From Eledone cirrhosa (lineage: Eukaryota): DNA of 64,000 nucleotides. A model generated the notes under the pieces. That model saw only the letters and a list, made by a program, of their open reading frames with translations, was not told where the DNA came from and ran no database searches. The stretch covers positions 13,826,001-13,890,000 of the forward strand of contig OZ024764.1 in assembly GCA_964016885.1 (NCBI GenBank), in the 5' to 3' direction. Below, piece by piece: positions 25,389 to 39,529 of the stretch (its first letter is position 1; each line of letters begins with the position of its first letter). A program made the position numbers and the translations under genes.

Positions 25389-25839
25389 AATTTTTCATAA
25401 ATATATATATAGAATAAGAAAATGCTAAGTAGTTGCAGATGTTCAAGTCCTTTATTGGTAAGGCTTTGATACATATTTCAATGACAGTGGCCACACGATT
25501 CCACTTAACCAGTGTCATGATCTCATCAGACAGCTTCATTACATAATAAAGTTACGTTCTCGAGACAATCCAAACTAAAACAATAAGGGTACAGATAAAG
25601 ATGATGCTTTTGAAGCCTTCGCCCATTCCCCTACATATATATAGAGAGAGAGAGGAAAAAGTAAGACCCCGGCGGCAGAGCTCAAGCCGTTTCGACGTCC
25701 AGAAATAGCCGTCGAAACGGCTTAAACTCTGCCGTCGGGGTCTTACTTTTTCCTATTTCTAACTCTACTACCCTAAGTATTGAGTACTCTGGTGCGTTAT
25801 GGTCCACCTGGTTCCTTTGTTATATATATATATATATAT

Positions 25840-26023
25840 ATAGAAGAGCTTCTACAGGACTAGAACTGTTTCATTCGTGAGAAATCATCAGTGCTTCCTG
25901 ATGATTTCTCACGAATGAAACAGTTCTAGTCCTGTAGAAGCTCTTCTATATTAAAACATTTATACTCTGCTATGTATTGAGTACCTTACTTACTGTGGTT
26001 ACCCCCAATTCAAGCCGGAATAA
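25840..26023 (+). mobile_element. Fold-back element with a hammerhead-like core
   Basis: Arms 25840-25891 and 25898-25950 are perfect inverted copies containing CTGATGA-T-TTC tcac GAA-T-GAAAC. Related copies at 49760-49817, 58017-58139 and 61707-61771 (-). Confidence 0.7.
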
Positions 26024-26108
26024 CATATATAAACACACACATATATACATGTCTAATCAACATCACCGCCTTGATAAATTAAATTGATCTTGTATATGTA
26101 TATATACT

Positions 26109-26160
<52 letters not shown>

Positions 26161-26164
<4 letters not shown>

Positions 26165-26411
26165 AACCTTGGTCTTCCTCTTCCAGTGTGTCCATGTAGG
26201 GGCTCCCAAAGGAGCACTGAGTGCAATGTCAACTCTGGATGTCGGTGAGCATGTCCAGCCAACCTCAGTCTCCTCTGTGTCACATGTTGATGCCCTAAGG
26301 ACAGACACTGGTCTGTTGGAGACGCAGGACATGGCAGCGATAATGAGGGACAGAGACCGCTGGAGAGAACTCGTCCATGGATCTCGGGAATTTTACCCGC
26401 CTTAGATAGAT

Positions 26412-26415
<4 letters not shown>
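26161..26415 (+). mobile_element. RTE LINE 3' end with an inverted 5' segment
   Basis: Same family as 45713-46510. 26161-26283 is antisense, 26284-26405 is sense, then a (TAGA)n tail. Confidence 0.88.
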
Positions 26416-26454
<39 letters not shown>

Positions 26455-27721
26455 TACACATCTTTCCAGGATAGACCCATGGTCAAACACTTTAGTGTGG
26501 AAAAAAGGGGGGTATATTTCATATCAACACTAGTATATGACTGGTACTATATTTGATCAAATACCACCAACCCATCTCCGTCACCACCACCACCACCACA
26601 CACCACCCTTGATTAATGGAAAGGTTAATTTAAATTAATTCCATCAAAATATATAGATACCCGGTAATGATACATACTCAGACACCTTAGGGTGGGGGAA
26701 GGAGGTACATTTTATACTATCTACACCAATTCACGAATGGTATTGTTTTACCGACCCTGGATGAAAAAAAAAGAAGAAATAAAGTCCACGTGAACGAGAT
26801 TTGAACTCACAACACTCCCCCAAAAGCTTAACTAAACATCACGTTCTACGCTCTAATAAATATTGTTGTTGCTGTTATTGTTAATAACAAATTTATGTCA
26901 GGGTAAGTTGAGTGTATATAACTAGGTTGGTCTTTATAGAAAGCAACAAAAGTGTAAAATAAACGATATATATATATATAAAATATGGGGAGAAGAATAC
27001 TGCATGGTTGCACATGGATTACATATTATAAAATTAGTCCCTCATCAGTGATTTGCCAACGATCATTGGTATTTCATCGCATTATATATATATACACACC
27101 CCCACTCTCAAAAGCGTGAACCTAATAAACCTTTATTTGTCTGCCTCTCTGTTTTGTTCCGTATAAATTTGCACTATATATATATACACACACATATATA
27201 TGTGTATTTCGTTTTTGTATTAATTGTCAGCATGTATTAAATATATATATATATATTATATATATATATATATTTAATACATTAACAGAGAAAGCTTTAA
27301 GCAATACTCTGACCAACTCCATCTCACTCAACAAATATTAGGATATACCTAATATATATATATAAAGACTAATAAACACCAAAGAGTTGATATCACGTCT
27401 TTGGTGTTGTGATGTTCCAGATTACGGTTTGCTCTCTTCCGGGCCTCTTTGCGGTCTCGGAATACGCAACCTCTGTGCGTCCGTCCCACACCTCCCAGGA
27501 CAGATTGCAAGCCCATCGCCAGTTTTTGCGGCATGAAATGGAGACTGCAATATATATTTCGAACAGGCCTCTATACCTAAGACCTGGATGCGTTCCTTAA
27601 GAATAAGATATATATATGTAATCGATAAAGTAAATACATATTCTTAAAAAGGCTCCAGTTGCATTTTCAATTTCTTTTCCTCATATTGTTTCTAACATTA
27701 AACAAAAAAAATCACTTTCTT

Positions 27722-27752
<31 letters not shown>

Positions 27753-27797
27753 ATTCCCAAGTTGTGTTGGGAGAGGGATAAAGATATATACATGTAT

Positions 27798-27846
<49 letters not shown>

Positions 27847-27923
27847 GAGGTGAAACGCGCGTCGTCGCGTATGGTTTGGTAATTTGTTGTGGAACTAACT
27901 TTCCATATATACATATATATAAA

Positions 27924-28131
27924 TAACAGATTAAAGTTTAAGCAAAGAATCGCTGCTTTCACCCTTAACGGGATCTTCTGAAACTCAGAAGATCCCGTTA
28001 AGGGTGAAAGCAGCGATTCTTTGCTTAAACTTTAATCTGTTAGGTTAATAAATATTTGCTCTAGGGTTCTTATATATATTATCCTTATAGAGCCCTCTTT
28101 GGATTTTAGTCTTCAAATTTATTATTATTAC

Positions 28132-28135
<4 letters not shown>
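27924..28135 (+). mobile_element. Fold-back element with a hammerhead-like core
   Basis: Perfect ~57-bp arms (27924-28042) containing CAGAAGA-T-CCC gttaa GGG-T-GAA-AGCA...TGCT-T. The tail matches the 63205-64000 satellite unit. Reverse copy at 63060-63196. Confidence 0.7.
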
Positions 28136-28170
<35 letters not shown>

Positions 28171-28273
28171 ATATATACACACATAACCTTAACTAGGAAA
28201 TCAACACAAACTCTCACCACCACGATAACCCATACACCACCATCATAAACGACACAGAAATATATATACTCAC

Positions 28274-28425
28274 AACTTAATCATCCATTCTCCTTCCAGT
28301 ACCTGGTTCCAATTGTCATCAGTTAAACTAATGGACTTGCTTTTTTGGGCCAAGCAGGACAAGGGGAGCAGCAGTTGTATTATAACTGTAGTCAACAGAG
28401 TTAAACTGAAGACGTGTACCTCCAT
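28274..28425 (-). CDS. TMX1: TMX1-like thioredoxin-related transmembrane protein, coding exon 1
   Basis: ATG at 28425 reads MEVHVFSLTLLTTVIIQLLLPLSCLAQKSKSISLTDDNWNQVLEGEWMIK(F): a hydrophobic signal peptide, then a segment like TMX1 'ITDENWRELLEGDWMIEF'. 152 bp, followed by a GTGAGT donor. TMX1 versus TMX4 orthology is not tested. Confidence 0.9.
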
Positions 28426-28520
28426 TTTGCCGGTTCTTCTTCGCCTGTGTCCGTGTCTGTGGAGCGGTGTAATGCGAACTACTGTCGCCCTGGAATATTA
28501 AGTCCGGAACATACGATAGA
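28426..28520 (-). promoter_or_regulatory. Probable 5' UTR / proximal promoter of the TMX1-like gene
   Basis: Unique, CpG-containing sequence directly upstream of the ATG. YY1-like AAAATGG overlaps the start codon; ETS-like CCGGAA at about 28504. Confidence 0.4.
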
Positions 28521-28674
28521 TACTAAGGATAAACAGATAGATGATTCAAGCTAGAAACAATGCTGTTGTCATTTGTTTTGTTATTGCAGCAGTAGTAGTA
28601 GTAATTTCGAAGTTTTATTTAATATACTGAATAAAATATGGCTTGTTTTGGAACATACATACATATCATATACT

Positions 28675-28708
<34 letters not shown>

Positions 28709-29280
28709 TCGTCACTATATATATATATATATATGCGTTCATATATACAATATATATATACATGCATATGTATGCATACATACACACATAGATATATGTA
28801 TATATATTCAATATGCTTCTCTCACCTTACCAAAGATAATAGTGAAGTACTGCACTATAATCACATATATTATGTTATATATACATATTATGTTATATAT
28901 ATATACATATATATATTATGTTATATATATATACATATATATATTATGTTATATATATATATATATATATATTATGTTATATATATATATATATTATGTT
29001 ATACATATATACATATATATATTATGTTATATATATATATATATATATTATGTTATATATATATATATATATATATAATGTTATATATATATATATATAT
29101 TATGTTATATATATATATATATATTATGTTATATATATATATATATATATTATGTTATATATATATATATATTATGTTATATATATATACATATATATAT
29201 TATGTTATATATATATATATATTATGTTATATATATATATATATATATATATTATGTTATATATATATATATATATTATG

Positions 29281-29312
<32 letters not shown>

Positions 29313-29378
29313 AGAAAGATCTTTGACAGGATCTATATTGGTAAACCTCAATATAACCATATATATACTATATATATA

Positions 29379-29433
<55 letters not shown>

Positions 29434-29589
29434 TTTAAATTTAGTGGTTTACAACTGGGTAGAATTGGTCATTCTGCAATGTTAATCATGATGTAATAAA
29501 AGTAAAGCCCTCAACATTATGCAACCCATCCATCTTTGATGTTGAATCATGTTGGTGGTGCGGGAACAGAGTCATCATCATTCATCATC

Positions 29590-29778
29590 ATTTCATTTTA
29601 CGTCCGCTTTTTCCCTGCTTGCAAGGGTGGGACGGGAACTGATGCTGGCTTGATTTCTACAGCTGGATGCCCTTCCTAACACCAACCTCATTTACAGTGA
29701 GTGCTGGGTGCTTTTTTGCCGTGGCACCTCCACGACCACTTTGCAGTGGAATGATATGGACCCCAGTCCCTATCATCT
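29590..29778 (-). mobile_element. SINE family A, 3' half
   Basis: Match to the family consensus. Confidence 0.8.
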
Positions 29779-30279
29779 CCAGATCTCCAGATATAAAGCA
29801 ATGCCTGTGCCGTGAAGCTTTTATAGTGAGCAAAGGCACTGCACAAAGCCAGTCCCACTCTCTTAACAAAGATGATATTTACCAAAAAGAAGAACAAGTC
29901 AACATCATTGGATACCATCAAAGTTGCAGGTGTTATATCAGAGTTTTCCTTCTCCTAGAATTCTGCCTTGACAAAGGCTAAGGGGTCATCTCTCCCGGTG
30001 ATTTTGGATGACCATTGACTCTTAAGAGCTCCTTTGCCCTTTGACAGGTTTTCTTTTTAGTCCTGCCGGATGTCCAAAGTCCCCCTCCTCACCAAGTAAC
30101 CTTGGTGGGGTTGCCAGTTTAGTCGCCAACGACCCGACCATGAGACACGTTGTACTGGGATACATGTTACCAGTAGCACCAACTGGTGACCTGACATAAC
30201 ATATATACTCACATATATACATACATATATGCATACATATATGCATACATATATGCACACATATATACACACACATAAG

Positions 30280-31235
30280 TGAATACCCTCCTTAAGGCAT
30301 CTACCATACTCTGAACACCTTGCTTCCCTGGACATGGATATATTGAAGCTCCGACGTCTGGCAACTGACTTGGTAGACATCTACAAGATTATTAACCATC
30401 TTGCCAACAACAACCCTGAGTACCTTTTTTATTTCCATGTGTCTACAACCATGGCCATGCCTACAAAGTCAGAAAACAGCACAGCTCCCATGACTTTCGG
30501 AAACATTTTTTCACGCTCAGAGTTGCTGAAGCATGGAACAAACTACCTGGATCAGTTGTTAGCTGTCGAGACACTGCATCCTTTAAAACCTCCATGGAAC
30601 AAACTACCTACATCAGTTGTTAGCTGTCGAGACACTGCATCCTTTAAAACCTCCATGGAACAAACTACCTACATCAGTTGTTAGCTGTCGAGACACTGCA
30701 TCCTTTAAAACCTCCATGGAACAAACTACCTACATCAGTTGTTAGCTGTCGAGACACTGCATCCTTTAAAACCTCCATGGAACAAACTACCTACATCAGT
30801 TGTTAGCTGTCGAGACACTGCATCCTTTAAAACCTCCATGGAACAAACTACCTGCATCAGTTGTTAGCTGTCGAGACACTGCATCCTTTAAAACCTCCAT
30901 GGAACAAACTACCTGCTTCAGTTGTTAGCTGTCGAGACACTGCATCCGTTAAAACCTCCATGGAACAAACTACCTGCATCAGTCGTTAGCTGTCGAGACA
31001 CTGCATCCTTTAAAACCTCCATGGAACAAACTACCTGCTTCAGTTGTTAGCTGTCGAGACACTGAATACTTCAAAACTTCCATGGTTCCTGAAATTTGTC
31101 AACACTACACCTGATATTCCCCTTCCATACACATGCACCTGTATGTATCTCATGACTCATACACTTCACTTTCCTGACATTTGTACATTATTCTATGTAC
31201 TATACATGCACCTTTGATGAGTTGTAGTGCACCTG
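30280..31235 (+). mobile_element. CR1-group LINE 3' end containing a 61-bp tandem array (30532-31085, about 9 copies)
   Basis: LPYSEHLASLDMDILKLRRLATDLVDIYKII...RKHFFTLRVAEAWNKLP..VVSCRDTASFK is typical of CR1-group C-termini. The array unit is bounded by CATGG. Confidence 0.8.
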
Positions 31236-31239
31236 AGAA

Positions 31240-31632
31240 TTTTTCCAATTTCATTTGAAAAGGAAAATCAGGGTAGAGAGAGAAGTGCTCTCTTCCCAGC
31301 ATTTTGTTGAAAGATGGGTGAGAGAAGCAAGAATGGCCCGAGTGAGTGGACCTACTCTGAGTATATGCCTGTAAATTGAAGGTGGAAAACTGGGAGAGGA
31401 CACTTGCCCTGGTGGTCAGGGTCACTGTGGCTTTTTTTAATGGGCTTTCTCCACGATGGCCCTCGGAAGTCTTCCCCCTATTGGGGAATTTTTCATTGTT
31501 CTTTTTTTCCTGTTTTTTTTTTTTGTTTTTTACACGCAGAAATGCCCATTTGTACCGCCCTGTATTGTCCTGTACTGTCCTTAATGTCTACTTTGTGTAA
31601 ACCCTTGTGGTTAATAAAGAAAGAATTATTAT
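31240..31632 (+). mobile_element. L1/Tx1-like LINE 3' end (second copy at 62385-62715, minus strand)
   Basis: LKRKIRVEREVLSSQHFVERWVREARMARVSGPTLSICL*, then a 3' UTR, AATAAA and a (TTA)n tail. Clade assignment is by resemblance only. Confidence 0.55.
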
Positions 31633-32228
31633 TATTTCACATTGTTCCAGTATACTCAGCTGAGAGTGAGTACCAGTAATATTATTATTATTATTATACT
31701 TTTACTCGACCTTATTGTAAACCCCCACTGTCCCTGTCTTTGTATTGTCCCCTACATGTCGGCCCTTGTGGCTAATAAATGAAATCATTATTATTATTAT
31801 TATTATACACATGTGATGCATTGTTTCTGTTAATGACTAAAAAATAATAAATTTGTAAGTACAAAACCTGCGATTTGTGGTATGTTAAATACTTGAGTTA
31901 TGTTAAAAACTACAAGGGGTGGTGTAGTGGTGTAGGGAATAGAAGAGGGAGTGGGTGTAGGGCATAGAAAGGTTTACAAAGGCCATAGAAAAGGATTGGG
32001 TGTAGGGCATAGAAAGGTTTACAAAGGCCATAGAAAAGGATTGGGAGTAGGACATAGAAGGGAGTGGAGGTAAGGATTATAAGAGGAGAGGGTGGGGCAT
32101 TGATGGGGTTAGGACTGTGTGCTATGTAAGAGATCCAGAACCCACAAATGTTAAGGAATTGCTGTAGCCCTGCTACTACCACTAACACCACCACGACATA
32201 TACACACAAATAAATATATATATATATG

Positions 32229-32567
32229 GAGGCACATGGCTTAGTGGTTAGAGCATTGGCCTTGCAATTGAAAGGTTGTGAGTTCAATTCTCAGACCGGG
32301 TGATGTGTTGTTTCCTTGAGCAAGACATTTTATTTCACATTGCTCCAGTTTACTCAGCTGTAGAAATGAGATGATAGGGACTGGGGTCCCTATCATTCCA
32401 CTGTAAAGCAGTCGTAGAGGTGCCACGGCAAAAAAAAGCACCCAGCACTCACTGTAAATGAGGTTGGTGTTAGGAAGGGCATCCAGTTGTAGAAATCAAG
32501 CCAGAATCAGTTCCCGTCCCACCCTTGCAAGCAGGGAAAAGTGGATGTAAAATGATGATGATGATGA
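32229..32567 (+). mobile_element. SINE family A, full length
   Basis: A box TGGCTTAGTGG, B box GAGTTCAATTC, CORE-like block, palindrome TGATAGGGACTGGGGTCCCTATCA, RTE-derived tail and (TGA)n. Further copies at 32706-32957, 33905-34388, 37148-37480, 39920-40090 and 41040-41210 (all -), and 43555-43745 (+). Confidence 0.9.
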
Positions 32568-33782
32568 TTTATATACACTATAGACGAATTACAGCGCCTT
32601 GCTGCGTTTCACACATTTTTTTTTGTAAGAAAATGATAATTCATTATAAATCAGTGATATAATTTATGGAGAAAAACTCTTCATTTCAATATTACTCAAT
32701 GTAAAATCATCATCATCATCATTTTTACGTCTGCTTTTCACTGCTTGCAAGGGTGGGACGGAAACTGATTCTGGCTTGATTTCTACAGCTGGATGCCCTT
32801 CCTAACACCAACCTCATTTACAGTGAGTGCTGGGTGCTTTTTTCCGTGGTGTCTACACATCCACTTTGCAGTGGAATGATAAGGACCCCAGTCCTATCAT
32901 CTCATTTCTACAGCTGAGTAAACTGGAGTAATGTGAAATAAAGTGTCTTGTTCAAGAAAACTACATGCATGAAAAATTGGAAAACATTATTTTTTGTAAT
33001 ATATCAAATCAAAATTACATTATTAAATCTTATTCTTATTTTGTTTCTTTGAAATAATTTTTTTCAAAATATCAATTCAAAACTTTTGTGACTAGGCATC
33101 ATATGTTGTCATTTACCTATGGTTTAAATTTCATATAAATTGAAGGGAACAAATTTTCAGCAGGGATTTGTGCCCCTGGGGAACCCTTTGATTAAAATGA
33201 AATATACTTGTCCAAGTACCCTGGGCAATGTAGTTTCAGAATATATATGGTTATGGGGGTCTATATCCAAAACCATAGGAGGAGTTTGCAAACAAACAGA
33301 CAGACAGACAGGAACTACAACTTTATATATATAGATATATGTGTGTGTGTGTGTATGTAAAAGGTAAACAGAAATAACAACACAATCGGTACAGTATATG
33401 GAAGGGATATATTAGGTTAACGCTTGATATAGCAGGAAGAGGGTCTTAACGTTTCGGACGCTAGTCCTTCATCAGAAGAAAGAATGAGAAATGAGATAGA
33501 TTGAGGGGACGGGCAGGGATGGAATTGGAAGAAATGTCTTTAGATAAAAATAACAGGTCCATTCATGTTGACATCTCTTGCAGACACACACAAATACATC
33601 CAGGATATAATCATATTCGTTTGTTTAATTATTTCCCTGGCAACCATTATTTATATATCTTCATCTTTGCTTTTCTTTTTTCTCTCTTTTCTTAGTTCCT
33701 CTCAGCATCCTATATGATGTGTATTGATCCTGACTAGAAATCAGGCAGGCTATATATAGCACATATGTAATAGATCTGGGTA

Positions 33783-33885
<103 letters not shown>

Positions 33886-34388
33886 CATCATCATTTCATC
33901 ATCATTTCATTTTACATCCGCTTTTCCCTGCTTGCAAGGGTGGGACGGGAACTGATTCTGGCTTGATTTCTACAGCTGGATGCCCTTCCTAACACCAACC
34001 TCATTTACAGTGTGTACTGCTCTCATTTACAGTGTGTACTGGGTGCTTTTTTGCCATGGCACCTCCACGACCACTTTACAGTGTGTACTGGGTGCTTTTT
34101 TGCCGTGGCGCCTACACATCCACTTTACAGTGAGTGCTGGGTGCTTTTTTGCCGTGGCGCCTACACATCCACTTTACAGTGAGTGCTGGGTGCTTTTTTG
34201 CCGTGGTGTCTACACGTCCACTTTACAGTGGAATGATAGGGACCCCAGTTCCTATCATCTCATTTCTACAGCTGAGTCAACTGGAGCAACGTGAAATAAA
34301 GTGTCTTGCTCAAGGAAACAATGCATCACCCGGTCTGCGAATTGAACTCACAACCTTTCGATTGCAAGGCCTATGCTCTAACCACTAA

Positions 34389-34424
<36 letters not shown>

Positions 34425-34464
34425 GTGTATGTGAGTATACATGTGTGTGTATATTTCTATCATA

Positions 34465-34495
<31 letters not shown>

Positions 34496-35423
34496 ATATC
34501 TCTATCTATCTATCTCTCTCATCGTAAATCTTGCAATAGTTTTTGTTTATTGTTGTTTCTCAAAGCCATGAATGAATCAGAGAAGTTTAACTGCAGACAA
34601 TGTGATTAACTATCGATTCATTTGTGATGTCATCATAAATATTACGATCTGATTGGTTGATTAATGTACCTCCCTCCACCACCATGAATCATCGCCCAAG
34701 CTTTGATCTGATTGGCTGTCGGTAAATTTTTAGTCACTCATAAGTCAAAACAAACTTATTGTTTCAAAACACTGGATTAAGTTAAAAGCCTGCTTGAGTA
34801 TTAATTAACAACCCACTGGAGGTGTGTGACCTAGTGGTAAGGGTGTTGGGATTACAGTTACAATGTCATAGGTTCAATTCCTAGGCTAGGAATGGTCATC
34901 ATACATACATACTTATATATATACGATTCTGTTTTTTTCTCTCTGTCTCTCTCTTACTGCTCCCTCGTTCTCTCTGTTTCTCCTACTTTCTTTCGCCCCC
35001 TCTGTCATGTCAGTTAACTCTTCCTCACACTTCCACTCACTCACTCACTATTTCTCCTCTTATCACTTCACCCCGTTCGCGACGAAAACATTTTCTCTCT
35101 TTCTCACATTTGAATTCGTTCCCGAAAGGTCTTTTTCTAAGCGCTCATATATTCACCTAGCTTATGCTAACAGAATAACTATGTAGCTTGTTCCCTTCCT
35201 TCTACGGTTAGCTCTCCTCTTTGTTGTTATCTTGTCTCACTCGCTTTACGCGTTTTAATTGTCCTAATAACTTAATTTAGTTATTATTGCACCGACGTGA
35301 GGTATATGATTTTTAATGCAATGAAATATCTATGATCGTCGGCAAATCACTGATGAGGGACTTATTTTATTACATGTTATCCATATGCAACCTGCAGTAT
35401 TCTTCTCCCCATTTTTTCACATA

Positions 35424-35479
<56 letters not shown>

Positions 35480-35566
35480 TGTGTATGTAAGTATGTATGT
35501 ATGTATGTACACTCATACACACAGTAGGCTGATGATGACCATTCCTAGCCTATGTATATATATATG

Positions 35567-35599
<33 letters not shown>

Positions 35600-35622
35600 G
35601 TATAAATATATATGTATATATT

Positions 35623-35681
<59 letters not shown>

Positions 35682-35951
35682 ATATATATATATATATATG
35701 AGAGTATTGAAGTTTGCTTGAAGCATTGTGGAATAATAAGTAAATATCTTTAAGTCGTTTGGAAGCCTCGACAATGCAAATGGGTAAATCTCCGGGTAAC
35801 AAGGTCCGGTGGTGGAGAGAGAGATGTAAGTGGGTGTATGTTGAGATGCGTGGTGTGTATAAGACGTGTAGAGGAATGAAGGAAAGAGTATAAAGGATAA
35901 AATAAAAATAACAACACAAGAGAGAGTTACCTTGGGAGAGATTTAATTGTC

Positions 35952-36055
35952 CCTATATATTTCGGATTCACATCCATCAACTGGGGTTTTTTCCGGGGTG
36001 GGGGAAAGGTTGTCTGTCGGAAAGGTGCAAAACGCGTCCTCCGCTGTTTGTTGTT

Positions 36056-36097
<42 letters not shown>

Positions 36098-36198
36098 AAC
36101 AACAAACAGCGGAGGACGCGTTTCGTACCTTTCCGACAGACAACCTTTCCCCCACCCCGGAAAAAACCCCAGTTGATGGATGTGAATCCGAAATATAT
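35952..36198. repeat. Inverted repeat with ~105-bp arms centred on (TA)n
   Basis: 35956-36060 is the reverse complement of 36093-36197. Contains GAAACGCGTC and a degenerate core ccc-CAGTTGA-T-GGAT gtga ATCC-GAA-ATATAT-A-ggg. Confidence 0.85.
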
Positions 36199-36338
36199 AT
36201 ATATATACATATATATACATATATATACATATATATACATATATACATATATACATATATATATATATACATATATATATATACATATATATATATACAT
36301 ATATATACATATATATACATACATATATATACATATAT

Positions 36339-36389
<51 letters not shown>

Positions 36390-36828
36390 CATATATATAT
36401 ACATACATATACATATACATATATATATATATATACATATATATACATATATATATACATACATATACATATACATATATATATATATACATATATATAT
36501 ATATCTACATATATATATATCTACATATATATATATCTACATATATATATACACACCACATACATATACATATGCTGATGTATTACATACAATCTATATA
36601 TAGCTTGCCTGAATTTATTGATCTAGAAACTGTTGGCCACTTAGGATGCTGAAAAAAAAAAGTAAAAATGAAGGCACAGGAATAAATGAATATGTATGTG
36701 TGTATATATATGTGGATATACATATATACATGTATATATGTATGTATTTATATATATACATATATACATGTATATATGTATATATATATATATATGTATA
36801 TGTATATATATGTATACATGTATATATG

Positions 36829-36867
<39 letters not shown>

Positions 36868-36912
36868 ACATGTATATATGTATGTATGTATATATATATA
36901 TATATGTATATG

Positions 36913-36984
<72 letters not shown>

Positions 36985-37078
36985 TATATGTATATATATA
37001 TGTATATATATATATATACATATACACATATATATATATTATATATATATATATGTGTATATGTATATATATGTATAT

Positions 37079-37109
<31 letters not shown>

Positions 37110-37561
37110 TTGTGTGCATATATATGTATATGTGTATATATATATATATCATCATCATTTTACGTCCACCTTTCCCTGCTTGCAAGGGTGGGACGGGAAC
37201 TGATCCTGGCGTGATTTCTACAGCTGGATGCCCTTCCTAACACCAACCTCATTTACAGTGGGTGGTGGGTGCTTTTTTGCCGTGGCACCTCCACGACCAC
37301 TTTGCAGTGGAATGATAGGGACCCCAGTCCCTCTCATCTCATTTCTACAGCTGAGTAAACTGGAGCAATGTGAAATAAAGTGTCTTGCTCAAGGAAACAA
37401 CACATCACCCGGTCTGAGAATTGAATTCACAACCTTTCGATTGCAAGCCCAATGCTCTAACCACTAAGTCATGTGCCTCCATGTATATATATGGTGATAG
37501 TAGTAGTGAGTCAATTGATTGTGCATGTGTATGTGTAAGTATATATATATATACATATATA

Positions 37562-37610
<49 letters not shown>

Positions 37611-37882
37611 AATTCCATTTGTGATAACATTTTACACGTTTTTATTGTATGTAAACTTCCCCCTTTGTATCTGTCCCCTTCTTTTGTGCCCCTGTGGCTA
37701 ATAAAGAAATATATCTATCTATATATATATATATACCATTTTGTTTGTTACCCTAACGTCCCCTTTATTTACGTGTCCCAACGATTTTTTTTAGCCGTTG
37801 TTCGCACCAACCTGAGGCATATGGCCCTTAAAGCGATGAAATGCCTGGGACGGTTGGAGGGTCACTGATGAAGGACTCACTT

Positions 37883-37967
<85 letters not shown>

Positions 37968-39529
37968 TAGACAATCTATCTGACAGACCGTCAGATAGAT
38001 AAAACTATCTTGGCAACTTTCCTAAAGGAAGATAACTCTTGATGGCTTAGCCTAGCTTGCTATGCAACAAATTATCCTATGAATTTAAGGAAAGATAATG
38101 CATCTCCATATCAGCATGTTTCATCAAGTTTTGTGGGAGCATGAGATGCAGGTGGGCCACAGTCATTGACAAGGTCACAGAGAGTGACAAACGAAATTTT
38201 AACAGCCCATTTGTTTAACTGGTTGAATAACTGGCCAGTTAGAAGATTGTTTTGTTAACAGTGAGTGAAAGAGGTGTAGAGTGGAAGCTAACAAAGTTGA
38301 TAAATACTTATTGCAAATGGCGTCTGTGTGTGTCTGCCTGTGCCTATCTGTGTGTCTGTGTGTGTGTGTGAAAGTTTGTGTGTGTGTCTATAAGTTAGTG
38401 TGTGTAAGTGTGTGTGTGTGTGTGAAAGTTTGTGTGTGTGTGTGTGTGAAAGTTTGTGTGTGTAAGTGTGTGTCTGTGTGTGTCAGTGTGTGTGTGTGTG
38501 TGAAAGTTTGTGTGCAAATGGCATGCGTGTGCGTCTGTGCGTGTCTGTCTGTGTGTGTAAGTGTGTGTGTGTGTGTCTGTCTGTCTGTGTGTGCAAGTGT
38601 GTCTCTGTGTGTGTGTGTGTGTGTGTAAATGTGTGTGTGTAAATGTGTGTGTGTAAATATGTGTGTGTGTGTGTGTGTGTAAATGTGTGTGTATGTAAAT
38701 GTGTGTGTGTGTGTAAATGTAAATGTGTGTGTATGTAAATGTGTATGTATGTATATGTGTATGTGTGTAAATGTGTGTGTGTGTAAATGTGTGTGTAAAT
38801 GTGTATGTAAATGTAAATGCGTGTATGTAAATGTGTGTGTGTGTATGTAAATGTGTGTGTGTATGTAAATGTGTTTGCATGTAGATGTGTATGCGTGTGT
38901 ATATAGATGTGTACGTGTTTGCATGTAGATGTGTATGTGTGTGTATATAGATGTGTACGTGTTTGCATGTAGATGTGTACGTGTTTGCATGTAGATGTGT
39001 ATGTGTGTGTATATAGATGTGTACGTGTTTGCATGTAGATGTGTACGTGTTTGCATGTAGATGTGTATGTGTGTGTATATAGATGTGTACGTGTTTGCAT
39101 GTAGATGTGTATGTGTGTGCATATAGATGTGTATGTGTTTGCATGTCCACGAATAGCCAAGAGGTTTGCAGATCTTTATTTTTCTGAGTTCAAATCCCTA
39201 CAAAGTATACTCTGCTTTTTATCTTACTGGGGTTGACAAAATAAAGTACCAGTAATGTACGGGGCTCAATATAACAGACTTTGTTCTTTCCACAAATTTG
39301 CCGGCCTTGTGCCTAAATTAATAAGCTGCCAAAAAACCCTGATGTTCTTGTAGATTTTTTCAAGAAACATCCAAGGTTCTGGGCTAGCCATCAGCACACA
39401 CAAGGGCATCAGTAATAAACTATCTTTTGCCTTAATGGCCAACCGAGGAAAGTGTAGAATCAAAGGTGGTACACCAGCACAGTCTCACCTGGTCAGCTAG
39501 AACACGTAAAAGAGTAATTAATTATCTGT

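Noticed and set aside
30000-30195. Possible HDV-like ribozyme in a structured, retroelement-like segment
   Set aside because: A TGTA-TCCCAG-TACA hairpin is present, but I could not build the P1/P2 nested pseudoknot by eye.
32229-32300. tRNA gene
   Set aside because: The A and B boxes belong to SINE heads; there is no complete cloverleaf and each head is followed by a SINE body.
34640-34720. Two CTGATTGG (CCAAT) boxes as a promoter
   Set aside because: No associated gene or other supporting elements are visible.
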